Positions 9,668 to 20,066 of a stretch of DNA of 64,000 nucleotides are shown piece by piece. This DNA is from Candidatus Peregrinibacteria bacterium (lineage in GTDB: Bacteria; Patescibacteriota; Gracilibacteria; UBA1369; UBA12473). The position numbers and the translations under genes are program-made. The notes beneath the pieces were generated by a model. That model saw only the letters and a list, made by a program, of their open reading frames with translations, was not told the origin of the DNA and ran no database searches. Where the stretch lies: NCBI GenBank assembly GCA_018659585.1, contig JABJMC010000006.1, forward strand, positions 33,728-97,727, read 5' to 3'. How positions within the stretch are numbered: the stretch's first letter is position 1; each line of letters begins with the position of its first letter.

Positions 9668-10429
9668 ATGACCTTCCTCCAAGCCCTTCTTCTCGGAATA
9701 ATTCAAGGCATTGCTGAATTTTTGCCAATTTCATCTTCTGGGCACCTGGTACTTTTCGAGTCAATTTTTGGTTTAGAAATTGAAACGCTTAAAGGATTTG
9801 ATGTGGTGCTACACCTCGGAACTTTAGTCGCAATTGTGATTTATTTTTGGAATGATTTATGGGGGTTATTTAAAAACCGTCGTCTTCTTGGATATATTGT
9901 GTTGGCCACGATTCCGGCCGTGATTGTTGGTTTTACAATGGAGGATTGGTTGGATTATGTTTTTAGAGATCCCAAAATGGTATTACTCATGCTCGCGTTA
10001 CTCGCAGTGTTTTTTGTAATTGCCGAAAAATATCCGCCCAAAAAAGAGCGCTGGCGCTTTACTTTGAAAAACACTTTTTTAATGGGAATTGCGCAGGCTT
10101 GCGCTTTAATTCCGGGAATTTCTAGGTCTGGATCCGTGATTGGAACGGGTTTACTATTTGGACTTAAACGAGAAGAAGCCGCGCGATTTGCGTTTTTACT
10201 CGGGACTCCGGCGATTGCTGGGGCCTCATTACTTACTGGGATTCACGTGGTGCAGGGCGAAGCTCCTTTGCCATCTTGGGATTTAGTAATAGTTGGATTT
10301 TTTGCTTCCGCGGTTGCGGGTTATTTAAGTGTGTCTTTTTTAATGAAATTTCTAAAAACACACAGTTTAAGAGTATTTTCAATTTATTTGGTGGTAGCGG
10401 CGGTTATAGGTATAATTGTCCTCAATTAG
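9668..10429 (+). CDS. uppP: Undecaprenyl-diphosphatase
   Basis: QGIAEFLPISSSGH and PGISRSG motifs; multi-pass membrane protein. Confidence 0.95.
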   Translation: MTFLQALLLGIIQGIAEFLPISSSGHLVLFESIFGLEIETLKGFDVVLHLGTLVAIVIYFWNDLWGLFKNRRLLGYIVLATIPAVIVGFTMEDWLDYVFRDPKMVLLMLALLAVFFVIAEKYPPKKERWRFTLKNTFLMGIAQACALIPGISRSGSVIGTGLLFGLKREEAARFAFLLGTPAIAGASLLTGIHVVQGEAPLPSWDLVIVGFFASAVAGYLSVSFLMKFLKTHSLRVFSIYLVVAAVIGIIVLN

Positions 10430-10446
10430 CCCCCACCCCTTAGTTA

Positions 10447-10830
10447 ATGGAATTCAAAGCCTCTGAATTCGAGAATGATATAGCGCGAAGTTATGACCAT
10501 TTTGAGCGAGCCCATGGTGAAGACAAAAGATCGAAACAAGAACAAATTTTGTCGCGCATTAGATCCGCGGTGGCTGGGTTAGGAACTCAACAAGGGGACT
10601 GCCCTTTAACTATTTTGTCTGAGAAAATGGAGGGAGAGGAGGTGGTAGTTGAATTTGGCGGAGAAAATTGTGGGTCATTAGCCCTAATTATCAGAAGACT
10701 TTATCCATCCTGGGAATATAGTCCTGCGGAAGAAGGGCGAGGCCGTCATCAAGTTAGGCTTAATGTTAAAGCAATTGCCGAAAAGGTTATCGCTCAAACC
10801 AGAAATAGAATTAGAGAGATCCCCGCTTAA
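10447..10830 (+). CDS. Hypothetical protein
   Basis: 127-aa ORF filling the gap in the operon direction. Confidence 0.65.
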   Translation: MEFKASEFENDIARSYDHFERAHGEDKRSKQEQILSRIRSAVAGLGTQQGDCPLTILSEKMEGEEVVVEFGGENCGSLALIIRRLYPSWEYSPAEEGRGRHQVRLNVKAIAEKVIAQTRNRIREIPA

Positions 10831-10859
10831 TTGACGGATTTAAGGAACAGGCCTACAAT
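10831..10859 (+). promoter_or_regulatory. sigma70 promoter for lemA-htpX
   Basis: TTGACG-17 nt-TACAAT. Confidence 0.65.
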
Positions 10860-10889
10860 TTAGATGCTTTTATTTGTTAATAAAAAATT

Positions 10890-11609
10890 ATGGAAGAAGA
10901 AACCATAGACGTTACCACCGCACCAGTTGCTGATGCTATTCCACCAGTTGAGACTACTGCTATTAATGTTGAACCAACCGAAGTTGTCGAAACTGTTGAA
11001 ACTGTGGTTGAAACAACAGCCTCTGCTTCTAGTTTTGGAGTTGGTACAATTGTGCTAATTGTAGTTGGGGTTGTGCTGGCTTGGCTGGCTTTTACCTACA
11101 ATAAATTGGTTCGCTTAAGAATGCGTGTTAAGGAGGCTTGGTCTGATATTGAAGTGCAATTAAAACGTCGTTATAACCTTATTCCTAATCTGATCGAGAC
11201 AGCCAAAGGTTACATGACTCACGAAAGAGAAACTCTAGAAAATGTGACCAAGGCTCGTACTGCGGCCATTGGAAATAATGGAACTCCAGCGGACCAAGGA
11301 CAAACCGAAAACATGCTAGCTGGAGCTTTAAAAACTTTGTTTGCCGTATCTGAAAACTACCCAGATTTGAAAGCAAATCAGAACTTTTTAGAACTTCAAC
11401 GTGAATTAACAGATACCGAAGACAAAATTCAAGCAGCCCGACGTTTTTATAATGGAAATGTTCGAGAAATGAACACCAAGGTTCAACTTTTTCCTACTAA
11501 TTTAGTGGCTGGAATGCTTGGATTTAAAGAAGCGGATTTCTTTGAAGTTGAAAATGAAGAAGAGCGCAAAAATGTAAAAGTTAAATTTGACGACGATACT
11601 AAAAAATAA
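10890..11609 (+). CDS. lemA: LemA family protein with acidic N-terminal extension
   Basis: YNKLV, WSDIEVQLKRR, ENYPDLKANQNF, ARRFYN. Confidence 0.95.
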   Translation: MEEETIDVTTAPVADAIPPVETTAINVEPTEVVETVETVVETTASASSFGVGTIVLIVVGVVLAWLAFTYNKLVRLRMRVKEAWSDIEVQLKRRYNLIPNLIETAKGYMTHERETLENVTKARTAAIGNNGTPADQGQTENMLAGALKTLFAVSENYPDLKANQNFLELQRELTDTEDKIQAARRFYNGNVREMNTKVQLFPTNLVAGMLGFKEADFFEVENEEERKNVKVKFDDDTKK

Positions 11610-11611
11610 TC

Positions 11612-12514
11612 ATGTCGCTCGCTTATACTGAAATCGCCAGAAACAAAAGGCGGTCCTGGCTGCTGCTGTTTCTATTTATAGGGCTTTTAATGGCTTTAGG
11701 TTTTTTTATGGGTGAATTTGCTACTGCTGGGGCTGGAGTAGAAGGCCTAATCATCTCGGCTGTAGTAGCTAGTATTTGGGTGTTAATAACTGTTTATCAG
11801 GGCGGGAGAATAACTTTATCAGCCAGCGGCGCTAAACCAATTGAAAAGAGGGATAACCGGGAGCTTTATAATTTAGTAGAAAACTTGAGTATTGCCGCGG
11901 GACTCCCAACCCCGAAAATCTACGTCATCCAGTCCGCGGCCCTGAATGCCTTTGCTACCGGCAGAGATCCAAATCATTCTGCTGTGGCCGTGACCACCGG
12001 TTTGATGGAAAAATTAGATAAAAGAGAATTAGAAGGAGTGATTGCGCATGAGCTTTCGCATATTGGAAATTTTGATACCCGTTTAATGATGATTGTGACG
12101 GCTTTGGCCGGAACAGTGATGATTATGGCGGATGTATTTTTGCGCTGGACTTTTTATAGACGCGGGGGAGGGGGGCGCCGGGATGGACGTTTGCAGTTGG
12201 CACTAATGGTCGTCGGCGTTTTGTTAATTATTTTTTCCCCAATTTTTGCCACGCTCATCAAGCTAGCCATCTCCCGAAAGCGCGAGTATCTCGCCGACGC
12301 GTCCGGCGCCCTTTTAACACGCTACCCCGAGGGCTTAGCCAGTGCTTTAGAAAAAATCTCCAGCGATCACACCCCAGCTCATTTCGCCACCAAAGGCACC
12401 GCTCATTTGTACATTTCCAATCCGTTAAAAGCCGGCACCTGGTCTAAATGGTTTTCCACTCATCCACCAGCTCAGAATAGAATCGCTAAGTTAAGAGAGA
12501 TGAACTTGGGGTAA
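11612..12514 (+). CDS. htpX: Zinc metalloprotease HtpX (M48)
   Basis: NAFATGR, HELSH, SRKREYLAD, STHPP; adjacent to lemA. Confidence 0.95.
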   Translation: MSLAYTEIARNKRRSWLLLFLFIGLLMALGFFMGEFATAGAGVEGLIISAVVASIWVLITVYQGGRITLSASGAKPIEKRDNRELYNLVENLSIAAGLPTPKIYVIQSAALNAFATGRDPNHSAVAVTTGLMEKLDKRELEGVIAHELSHIGNFDTRLMMIVTALAGTVMIMADVFLRWTFYRRGGGGRRDGRLQLALMVVGVLLIIFSPIFATLIKLAISRKREYLADASGALLTRYPEGLASALEKISSDHTPAHFATKGTAHLYISNPLKAGTWSKWFSTHPPAQNRIAKLREMNLG

Positions 12515-12568
12515 AACTTGACAAAAGTCAAAGCAGTGATAAGGTGCAAGCCTGTAAATTTTTTAGGA

Positions 12569-13426
12569 ATGGGCTTAGAGGATCAATATCAGCAGCAATT
12601 TGAAAGCTCCAGGCAAGTAGCTGAGCAAGCCCTCGGAGAAGTATTTGATATAGACGATTTAATTCAGGGAGTTGAAAAAGAAGTTGATAACGTTTTTTGC
12701 CATGCCATGGCTGCTTTATCTCGTGGTGAAACGTCAGAGTATTGTCAGGCCGAAAATTGGGACCCTGCAGAACTAGAAATTGCCAGAGAGTGTGCTGAAA
12801 TAGCTGCTCGAAGCTTAGGAATAGATCACCCAGAGATCCTTGTCGCTATTCGTGAGATGGGATTTAATTATACGCACCTATTGTTAAGAAATCATTTTCC
12901 TCAATTTGATCTCTCTCGTATTATTCAGCCTGATTGGGAGCAGGTGTATGCAACTTTTGATGGGATGATTACACCTTGTTTGCGCGAAAGATGTCCTGAA
13001 ACTTGTTGTGGTCAAAAGCCAGATGAGATAGATGGAGGGTTATTTAATTCATTATTAATTACGAGTCATGGAGAATTAGATGGTCAGCATTCATTGAGCC
13101 CCCCATTTAAAGAAATGGGAATCATTACAAGAACTAATTGGAGCAGTGGATTACCATTAATTAATCAACCTCTAACTCGTGTTAGTGGATGTAGAAATAA
13201 AAATGGTGCTTGTAAATTAGAAACCAGAAAACCTTTTGCTTGTCGTCTTTATCCGTTTCGGTTTGATTTAAATAGACCATTGGAAGAAAACTGCCCTCAA
13301 GTTAAAGAAATAGCTTCTCACAAACCCACTAGAGAAAGGTTACGAGAAGTACGTCTCTTAACAGGACATTGGCCTCAAGATGATCAATGGGAAGCTCAAA
13401 TAGATAAACTTCTAGAGGCAGCTTAA
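12569..13426 (+). CDS. Hypothetical protein with C-terminal Cys-cluster (YkgJ/CxxCxxCC-like) domain
   Basis: CLRERCPETCC ... C ... C ... RKPFACRLYPF ... CP; ATG 12569 preferred over TTG 12518. Confidence 0.65.
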   Translation: MGLEDQYQQQFESSRQVAEQALGEVFDIDDLIQGVEKEVDNVFCHAMAALSRGETSEYCQAENWDPAELEIARECAEIAARSLGIDHPEILVAIREMGFNYTHLLLRNHFPQFDLSRIIQPDWEQVYATFDGMITPCLRERCPETCCGQKPDEIDGGLFNSLLITSHGELDGQHSLSPPFKEMGIITRTNWSSGLPLINQPLTRVSGCRNKNGACKLETRKPFACRLYPFRFDLNRPLEENCPQVKEIASHKPTRERLREVRLLTGHWPQDDQWEAQIDKLLEAA

Positions 13427-13506
13427 GCTAAAATCCTCTCGACAAAAAGCCCCAATCTATGATATTTAATAGCTAAATAAACTTATTTTTAGCTTTCTTC
13501 AAGAAA

Positions 13507-14529
13507 ATGACTTCTACAAACATACAAGACTACAAAATCGCCACCATGGGGAGCCACACCGCGCTTCAAATTCTCAAAGGAGCCAAAGATGAGGGCTTTC
13601 AGACCTTATGCGTGGTCACCCCAAAAACCCGTCCAGTCTACGAACACTACGGCATGGTCGATGAATTTATCGAAATCGATCACTACAAAAATTTTTGTGA
13701 AATCGAACAACAATTAATCGACAAAAACTGTATCGCCATTCCACACGGCTCATTTGTGAGTTATTTAGGCCACGAATGTATGAAAAATTTAAAATGCATG
13801 CATTACGGAACTAAAGGCATCCTCGAATGGGAATCAGATCGTGCCATGGAACGTAAATGGCTCCTGAAAGCTGGCCTTAAATTGCCTAAGATTTTTAAAT
13901 CACCAGAAGAAATTGATCGCGCCGTAATTATTAAATTCCACGGAGCCAAAGGCGGCTCTGGTTATTTTATTGCTAATAATCCCAAAGAATTTTACGAAGG
14001 GCTCGCAAAATACGGCCGCGATGATGATTATGTTATTCAGGAGTACATTGTGGGTGTGCCCATGTATGTTCACTATTTCTACTCTCCTCTCACCAAAGAA
14101 CTCGAAATCATGAGTTTTGATAAACGCTACGAATCAAACGCTGATTCTATTGGTCGAATTGCTGCTCGTGATCAATTAGCCGCAGATATTCAAACTAGTT
14201 ACACCATTACTGGAAATATTCCATTGGTAGTTCGCGAATCACTACTACCAATGCTATATGAAATGGGTGAAAACACGGTCAAAACTTCGCAAGATTTAGT
14301 TGGTAAGGGTCTTTTTGGTCCGTTCTGTCTCGAAGGGATTATGGATACGAATTTGAATTTTTATGTTTTTGAAATTTCCGCTCGAATTGTGGCGGGGACA
14401 AACCCATTTATTAATGGGTCTCCTTATACTGCCCTCCGTTATGACGAGCCAATGTCTACTGGACGCCGCATGGCTCGTGATATTAAACAGGGTATTGAGA
14501 GCGGACAATTAGATAAAATACTTGGTTAA
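13507..14529 (+). CDS. purP: Archaeal-type FAICAR synthetase PurP (ATP-grasp)
   Basis: GSHTALQILKGAKDEGF, PHGSFVSY, GAKGGSGYF, GPFCLE, FEISARIVAGTN, MSTGRR. Confidence 0.9.
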   Translation: MTSTNIQDYKIATMGSHTALQILKGAKDEGFQTLCVVTPKTRPVYEHYGMVDEFIEIDHYKNFCEIEQQLIDKNCIAIPHGSFVSYLGHECMKNLKCMHYGTKGILEWESDRAMERKWLLKAGLKLPKIFKSPEEIDRAVIIKFHGAKGGSGYFIANNPKEFYEGLAKYGRDDDYVIQEYIVGVPMYVHYFYSPLTKELEIMSFDKRYESNADSIGRIAARDQLAADIQTSYTITGNIPLVVRESLLPMLYEMGENTVKTSQDLVGKGLFGPFCLEGIMDTNLNFYVFEISARIVAGTNPFINGSPYTALRYDEPMSTGRRMARDIKQGIESGQLDKILG

Positions 14530-14540
14530 CCTTTTTTCAA

Positions 14541-15077
14541 ATGAACTACGAAGAAGCGCACCAGATAATGGTCGACAACTTGAAAAACCCCAACATGCAT
14601 AAACATTGCTATGCTGTCGAAGCAGCTATGCGAGCTTATGCCAAACATTTTGGTGAGGACGAAGAAACTTGGGCTGTGGCTGGGATTTTGCATGACTTTG
14701 ATTATGAAAAATGGCCCGAAGAACACCCAGCCAAGGGCGAACCTCTTCTTAAAGAAATGAATGTCCCTGCTGAAATTATCCAAGCCATTCAAGAACATGG
14801 CTATATTCCGGCCGAATCACGAATGGGTAAGGCTTTAAAGGCGGTGGATCGATTAACTGGACTTATTACAGCCGTGGCTTTAGTTCGTCCGGATAAAAAA
14901 TTAGAAACCGTTAAAATCAAATCTGTAAAAAAGAAAATGAAAGACAAAGGCTTTGCCGCCCAGATTGATCGTGAAGATCTCCGCGCTTGCGCCCAGGACC
15001 TTGGCGTCGAGTTTGAGGAACACGTTCAAATTGTTTTAGATGCAATGAAATCTATTTCTGATAAACTAGGATTATAA
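14541..15077 (+). CDS. HD-domain (HDIG-type) phosphohydrolase
   Basis: KHCYAVEAAM, GILHDFDYE, AVDRLTGLI, KKMKDKGFAA. Confidence 0.88.
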   Translation: MNYEEAHQIMVDNLKNPNMHKHCYAVEAAMRAYAKHFGEDEETWAVAGILHDFDYEKWPEEHPAKGEPLLKEMNVPAEIIQAIQEHGYIPAESRMGKALKAVDRLTGLITAVALVRPDKKLETVKIKSVKKKMKDKGFAAQIDREDLRACAQDLGVEFEEHVQIVLDAMKSISDKLGL

Positions 15078-15090
15078 TTAATTAAAATCT

Positions 15091-16278
15091 ATGGTTACTA
15101 AAGAAGATATTCAAAAAATCCTCGCAGGCTATGACTTAAACAATCTTACGATTGGAGTCTTAGGAGGTCACAGCGCTTTAGATGTTGCTAATGGCGCTAA
15201 AAAACATGGTTTTCGAACCGTTGCTGTCTGCCAAAAAAACCGCGCTAACACTTTTTCTAAATACTATAAAACGCGCGGGGATAAAGGCTGCATCGACGAG
15301 GTGATTTTGGTCGACAAGTTTGAAGATGTAACCAAAGAAGATGTCCAAAAACAGCTTCGTGAACTAAATACAATTTTTATTCACAATCGCTATTTTTGGG
15401 TTTATTTTAATGATTTTGCAGATATAGAAGAGCGTTTTCAGGTTCCAATTTATGGACTTCGCCAAGGAGTAAAATTAGAAGAACGCGATCAGCCGCTTAA
15501 TCAGTATCATTTGCTAGAGAAGGCTGGGATTCGATTGCCAAAAATTCTTCGTGAAGGAGGTGAAGTACTAGAAAAAGAAGAGTTGAACAAGCGTTTGGAG
15601 CACCATTTTGTGAAAGAAAAAGGAGCTCCCATTTTAGTTAAAGCCAACGAAGCTACTCGCTCTTATGAACGAGCCTTTTTTGTGGCTACTACCGCTGCTG
15701 ATTATTTTAAAAAAGCAGAGGAGATGGTGTCCGCCGGCATCACAACTCAAGAAAATGTTAATCAAGCTACCATCGAAGAATTTGTTATTGGAGCGCACGT
15801 TAATTTGAATTTCTTCTACTCAGAACTTAACAACGAATTAGAACTCATGGGAACCGACTCTCGTCGCCAAACCAGTCTTGATGGGTTCTTACGATTAGAT
15901 GGCAAAACCCAGACAGATTTATTAAATGGTGGTTACAAACCTTCTATGATCGAAACCGGGCACTTTGCCGTCACCATGAAGGAATCTCTTTTGGAAAAAG
16001 CTTATGACATTGGTGAAAAGTTTGTAAAAACTATGAAAGAAACGGTGCCACCTGGCATGATTGGACCATTTGCCTTACAAGGCGCGGTGGCTGCTTATGA
16101 GGGAAGGGAAGAATTTGTGATTTTTGATGTTTCAATGCGTATTCCAGGTTCACCAGGAACTAAATACACTCCTTATTCTGGGTACATGTACGGCGAAAGC
16201 TTAAGTTATGGCGAACGAATTGCTATGGAAATCAAACAAGCAGTCGATGAAAATCGTCTCCCAGAAATCATCACCTAA
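15091..16278 (+). CDS. PurP-like paralogue (DUF1246/DUF1297 ATP-grasp)
   Basis: GGHSALDVANGAKKHGF, ERAFF, GPFALQG, FDVSMRIPGSPG, GERIAMEIK. Confidence 0.88.
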   Translation: MVTKEDIQKILAGYDLNNLTIGVLGGHSALDVANGAKKHGFRTVAVCQKNRANTFSKYYKTRGDKGCIDEVILVDKFEDVTKEDVQKQLRELNTIFIHNRYFWVYFNDFADIEERFQVPIYGLRQGVKLEERDQPLNQYHLLEKAGIRLPKILREGGEVLEKEELNKRLEHHFVKEKGAPILVKANEATRSYERAFFVATTAADYFKKAEEMVSAGITTQENVNQATIEEFVIGAHVNLNFFYSELNNELELMGTDSRRQTSLDGFLRLDGKTQTDLLNGGYKPSMIETGHFAVTMKESLLEKAYDIGEKFVKTMKETVPPGMIGPFALQGAVAAYEGREEFVIFDVSMRIPGSPGTKYTPYSGYMYGESLSYGERIAMEIKQAVDENRLPEIIT

Positions 16279-16300
16279 ACATTCTTTAAACCCTCTCAAA

Positions 16301-16714
16301 ATGGAAGAAGAACCAGGCGTTATCGATTTTGAAACTCTTTGTGCTGACGACCCTGAACATTGTGATTTAATTATGGAAGAAAAATTAAAAAGTGGAGTTT
16401 CACCACAAACCGATATGATTATGCCCGACGAGGTCACGATTGATCCAGAGTTACAACAACTCATGGAACTTCTTAGTAATCCGTGGGTGATGGCTGCTTT
16501 TGTAGCAATAACTATATGGGCAGCAGTTTGGAAAGGATTTGCCCTGTGGCGCGCTGCCAAAAACAGCCAACTATACTGGTTTATTGCACTTTTAGTTGTG
16601 AATTCAATGGGAATTTTAGAAATTCTTTATTTATTTGTTTTTTCCAAAAAAACCACCAAAAAAACCACCAAAAAATCCAAGGCTAAAAAGTCTTCGGATC
16701 CAATAACAATTTAA
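16301..16714 (+). CDS. DUF5652-like small membrane protein (CPR)
   Basis: WKGFALWRAAKNSQLYWFIALLVVNSMGILEILYLF; ATG 16301 avoids overlap with the upstream gene. Confidence 0.78.
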   Translation: MEEEPGVIDFETLCADDPEHCDLIMEEKLKSGVSPQTDMIMPDEVTIDPELQQLMELLSNPWVMAAFVAITIWAAVWKGFALWRAAKNSQLYWFIALLVVNSMGILEILYLFVFSKKTTKKTTKKSKAKKSSDPITI

Positions 16715-16732
16715 TTTTTAACTCACTAAACT

Positions 16733-17914
16733 ATGGCTCACGAAGAAGAAGTTTTCCCAGAGCACGATCTCCCCACATCCCAAAATGATCAGGAAGAAGA
16801 AGGTCCGATTCCTCGCCCTGATATTGAAATGTATTACACGGATAAAGAAAATTTAGAGTTAGGTGTAAAAGAAGCCTTAGATGATTTAGAGGAAGAAGTT
16901 CTCAAAAATCCAGAAAGAATGACCCCCGAAGAATTAGCTGAAGCTGCTGATGATATGCGTGAAGGTGAAATTGAATATTTAGAACGTCAAAGCAAGCACG
17001 ATGATCCTGAGGTAGCGGATCGCGCCAAATTTGTTTTGGAAATTAAGGAGGATATAGACGAACTTATTGATGAAGTTAATAAACATATAAAAAAAGGCGA
17101 TCACGATATTGCTGAGAAGAAAATTCGTAAGTTCTTAGAAAAAACACATGAGACTTTAACAGAATCAAATGTTGAAGGGCCAGATGTAGATATGGCTTTA
17201 GGTCAGATGAAGTTATTGATTAACTTGGATCTTTCTCTAATTGAGGCCGAAGAAGAAAAACGTAGTGCTCTTTTGACCGTGCTTTCCACCGGGATTGATA
17301 TTGTGCCGTTTGTTGGTGGTCTAAAAATGATGGGCGAAGGAGTTTATGGTGAAACGTTAGATGGGCAAAAAATGTCCGGGACTAAACGGTTATTGCACAT
17401 GGGAGAAGGAATGTTTTGGGAAGTAATTGATGTTGTGGCCTTAGTTGCTGCTCTAGGCTCCTTCGGGAGTGGAGGAGCGGTTGTAGAGGGCGGTGCCGCG
17501 GCTACAAAGATTGGACGCGCCGCGCACGGCGCAGAAGCTGTGGCCAAAGCTGCCAAAGGCGCCCGAGCTTTAGAAACCGCACCACGCGTTTCCAAGACCA
17601 TGACTCGCACCGGCGCTCTCATGCGCAAACATGGTGTCTCCGGGTCTAAGGAAATGTATCGCGCGGGTCGCTTCTTAGTTGATAATCCAGCTGCAGAAAA
17701 AGTCGTTCAAAAAGGTTTTGAAAAAGGCTTTGAAAGACGCGCTGGCTCACAAACAAGAGCCGCCGGCGCTATTGCCGGAAAAGCCAAAGAAGCGCTCCAA
17801 AGCCACGAGGAACAAGTTCGTCTACTTGTAGAAATAAATGACGAACGTGAAAGATTGACTCGCATTTTGGACGATATCGCTGCTAATATGCAGGCGCAAC
17901 AAGCTGCTGAATAA
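16733..17914 (+). CDS. Hypothetical protein with pre-toxin TG (PT-TG)-like segment
   Basis: Acidic helical N-half, then DIVPFVGGLKMMGEGVYGETLDGQKMSGTKR, a hydrophobic/Gly-Ala stretch and a basic region. Confidence 0.6.
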   Translation: MAHEEEVFPEHDLPTSQNDQEEEGPIPRPDIEMYYTDKENLELGVKEALDDLEEEVLKNPERMTPEELAEAADDMREGEIEYLERQSKHDDPEVADRAKFVLEIKEDIDELIDEVNKHIKKGDHDIAEKKIRKFLEKTHETLTESNVEGPDVDMALGQMKLLINLDLSLIEAEEEKRSALLTVLSTGIDIVPFVGGLKMMGEGVYGETLDGQKMSGTKRLLHMGEGMFWEVIDVVALVAALGSFGSGGAVVEGGAAATKIGRAAHGAEAVAKAAKGARALETAPRVSKTMTRTGALMRKHGVSGSKEMYRAGRFLVDNPAAEKVVQKGFEKGFERRAGSQTRAAGAIAGKAKEALQSHEEQVRLLVEINDERERLTRILDDIAANMQAQQAAE

Positions 17915-17923
17915 TTTTAAATC

Positions 17924-19249
17924 ATGAAAGTACTCCTGTTAGCCGCTGGCCGCAGCCAGCGCGTCAAACCTATTGCTGACAAAAATTTCTTACGATTCTG
18001 TGGGAAATATTTAATCCACCATCAAGTGGAGGCTCTAAATAAAGCTGGATTTAACGATATTATTTTAATTGGCGGGGCTCATAATTTAAAACAACTCAAA
18101 ACCTTTGCCAAAGACTTTCAATCTCATCACAAAGATTGCACTATTAAAGTCGTGGAGCAAAAAGACTTAGACGCTGGCATGGCTGGCGCTGTTTTAAGTA
18201 CCAAAAAACAGGTTAAAAAAGACGAGCCAATCTTGATAGTTAGTTCTAATGACGTGGTGGAGCAGGAGGCTTACAAACTAATTTTTGACGCTGCTCAAAA
18301 CGAATATTTTGAAAGCTGTCTTTTAGGTAAAAAAGTCACGGAATATTTCCCGGGTGGATATTTAGAGGTCGATTCCCAGTGGCAAATTAAATCTATTATT
18401 GAAAAACCAGGAAAAGGTAAAGAGCCAAGTGATTTAGTAAATTTAGTACTTCATCTTCACAAAGATTCCCAAAGACTTTTCCGCTATTTAGAGGAAGCCC
18501 AAAGCAAAAAAGATGATTTATACGAAGTTGCTTTAGATAAAATGATGAAAAGCGGCGTAAAAATGCAAGCCATCCCTTACGAAGGTTATTGGCAACCTAT
18601 TAAATATCCATGGCACGTTATCGAAGTTGCTAAACATTTCTTTGAGTTAGCGCCTAAGCACATTGCCCCATCCGCAATAATTGGCAAAAGAGTTACTATT
18701 TCGGGCGAAGTTTTCATCGAGGAAGGCGCCAAAGTTTTTGACGGGGCTACGATCATTGGGCCCGCTTATATTGGACGAAATTCCGTGGTAGCAACCAATG
18801 CCTTGGTGCGTGATTCTTATGTTGGCGAAGAGTGTGTAATTGGATTTGCAAGCGAGGTAGCTCGTAGTTTTGTTGGTGATCATGTTTGGACTCATTCAAA
18901 TTATATTGGTGACAGTATTATTGGAAGCAATGTTTCGTTTGGAGCGGGGAGTGTTACGGGAAATCTTCGTTTTGATGAGGCTAATGTAAACGTGAATATT
19001 AAAGATGAAAAAATGGATTCTGGAACTCCTAAATTAGGTTTAATTACTGGCGATAATATTCGAGTAGGAGTTAACACCAGTTTTATGCCTGGGATCAAAA
19101 TTGGTAGTGATTGTTTGATTGGCGCTGGCTTAGTTATTAATCAAGACATCCCAAATAAAAGTTTTGCTCGTGGTCAAATAAACCTCGAAATTTCTCCTAA
19201 TAAAATGGAAAAACTTCCGTCACGCGAGAATTTGAAAAAAAAGTTATGA
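17924..19249 (+). CDS. Sugar-phosphate nucleotidyltransferase with hexapeptide-repeat domain (archaeal GlmU-like)
   Basis: LLAAGRSQR, IEKP, YPW, left-handed beta-helix, YIGDSIIG, GNLRFD. Confidence 0.88.
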   Translation: MKVLLLAAGRSQRVKPIADKNFLRFCGKYLIHHQVEALNKAGFNDIILIGGAHNLKQLKTFAKDFQSHHKDCTIKVVEQKDLDAGMAGAVLSTKKQVKKDEPILIVSSNDVVEQEAYKLIFDAAQNEYFESCLLGKKVTEYFPGGYLEVDSQWQIKSIIEKPGKGKEPSDLVNLVLHLHKDSQRLFRYLEEAQSKKDDLYEVALDKMMKSGVKMQAIPYEGYWQPIKYPWHVIEVAKHFFELAPKHIAPSAIIGKRVTISGEVFIEEGAKVFDGATIIGPAYIGRNSVVATNALVRDSYVGEECVIGFASEVARSFVGDHVWTHSNYIGDSIIGSNVSFGAGSVTGNLRFDEANVNVNIKDEKMDSGTPKLGLITGDNIRVGVNTSFMPGIKIGSDCLIGAGLVINQDIPNKSFARGQINLEISPNKMEKLPSRENLKKKL

Positions 19250-20055
19250 CACCCAAAGTCTCGATCATTATAGTGAACTATAATCACAAATATTTTCCTA
19301 AAATGTGTGTGGAAGCGATCGAGCGTAGTCAAACAGATTTTGAATACGAAATTATAGTAGTAGACAATGGTTCCATTGATGAAAGCCTTCCCAAATTACG
19401 CGAATTACAGAAAGAAAAACGCATTCAACTTATTGAATCCAAGAAAAATTTAGGTTATGGCCAGGCAAATAATTTAGGCGTAGAAAAAGCCAAAGGCGAA
19501 TTTGTGATTATTTCTAATCCCGACATTTTTGTAAAAGAAGACACCATGCAAAAATTAGTGGATTATTTAGAACATCATTCCGAGATTGGATTATTAGGGC
19601 CCAGGCTTCGTTATTACAATGGCGAAATTCAAGAATCTTGTCGTCGCCATATGACGTTTTTTGATCTAATTATTAAGCGAACTTTTCTCAAAAAACTTCC
19701 TCGCTATAAAAAACGTTTAAAACGTTATTTAATGCATGATTACGATCACAAAACTATTCAAGAGGTAGAACTAATTACTGGCGCTTATTTTGTGATGAAA
19801 AAAGATGTCTACGAGGAGGTAAAAGGCTTTGATCCACGCTTTTTTCTATTTATGGAGGATTACGATCTTTGCTTGAAACTTATTCAAAAAGGTTACAAGA
19901 TCATCTATTTCCCATTGACCGAAGCCGAGCATTATCATAAAAGATTATCTAGTGGCAGTGTTTTCCACTTACTAGGACGTCGGGTCTTTTGGATCCATGT
20001 CTCAAGTGCTCTCAAGTACTTCTGGAAATGGCGCCATTTCAAATCTCATATTTAA
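19246..20055 (+). CDS. Glycosyltransferase family 2
   Basis: SIIIVNYN, VVDNGS, NLGYGQANN, NPD, GFDPRFFLFMEDYD; ATGA overlap with the upstream gene. Confidence 0.93.
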   Translation: MTPKVSIIIVNYNHKYFPKMCVEAIERSQTDFEYEIIVVDNGSIDESLPKLRELQKEKRIQLIESKKNLGYGQANNLGVEKAKGEFVIISNPDIFVKEDTMQKLVDYLEHHSEIGLLGPRLRYYNGEIQESCRRHMTFFDLIIKRTFLKKLPRYKKRLKRYLMHDYDHKTIQEVELITGAYFVMKKDVYEEVKGFDPRFFLFMEDYDLCLKLIQKGYKIIYFPLTEAEHYHKRLSSGSVFHLLGRRVFWIHVSSALKYFWKWRHFKSHI

Positions 20056-20066
20056 CTTAAAAAATC

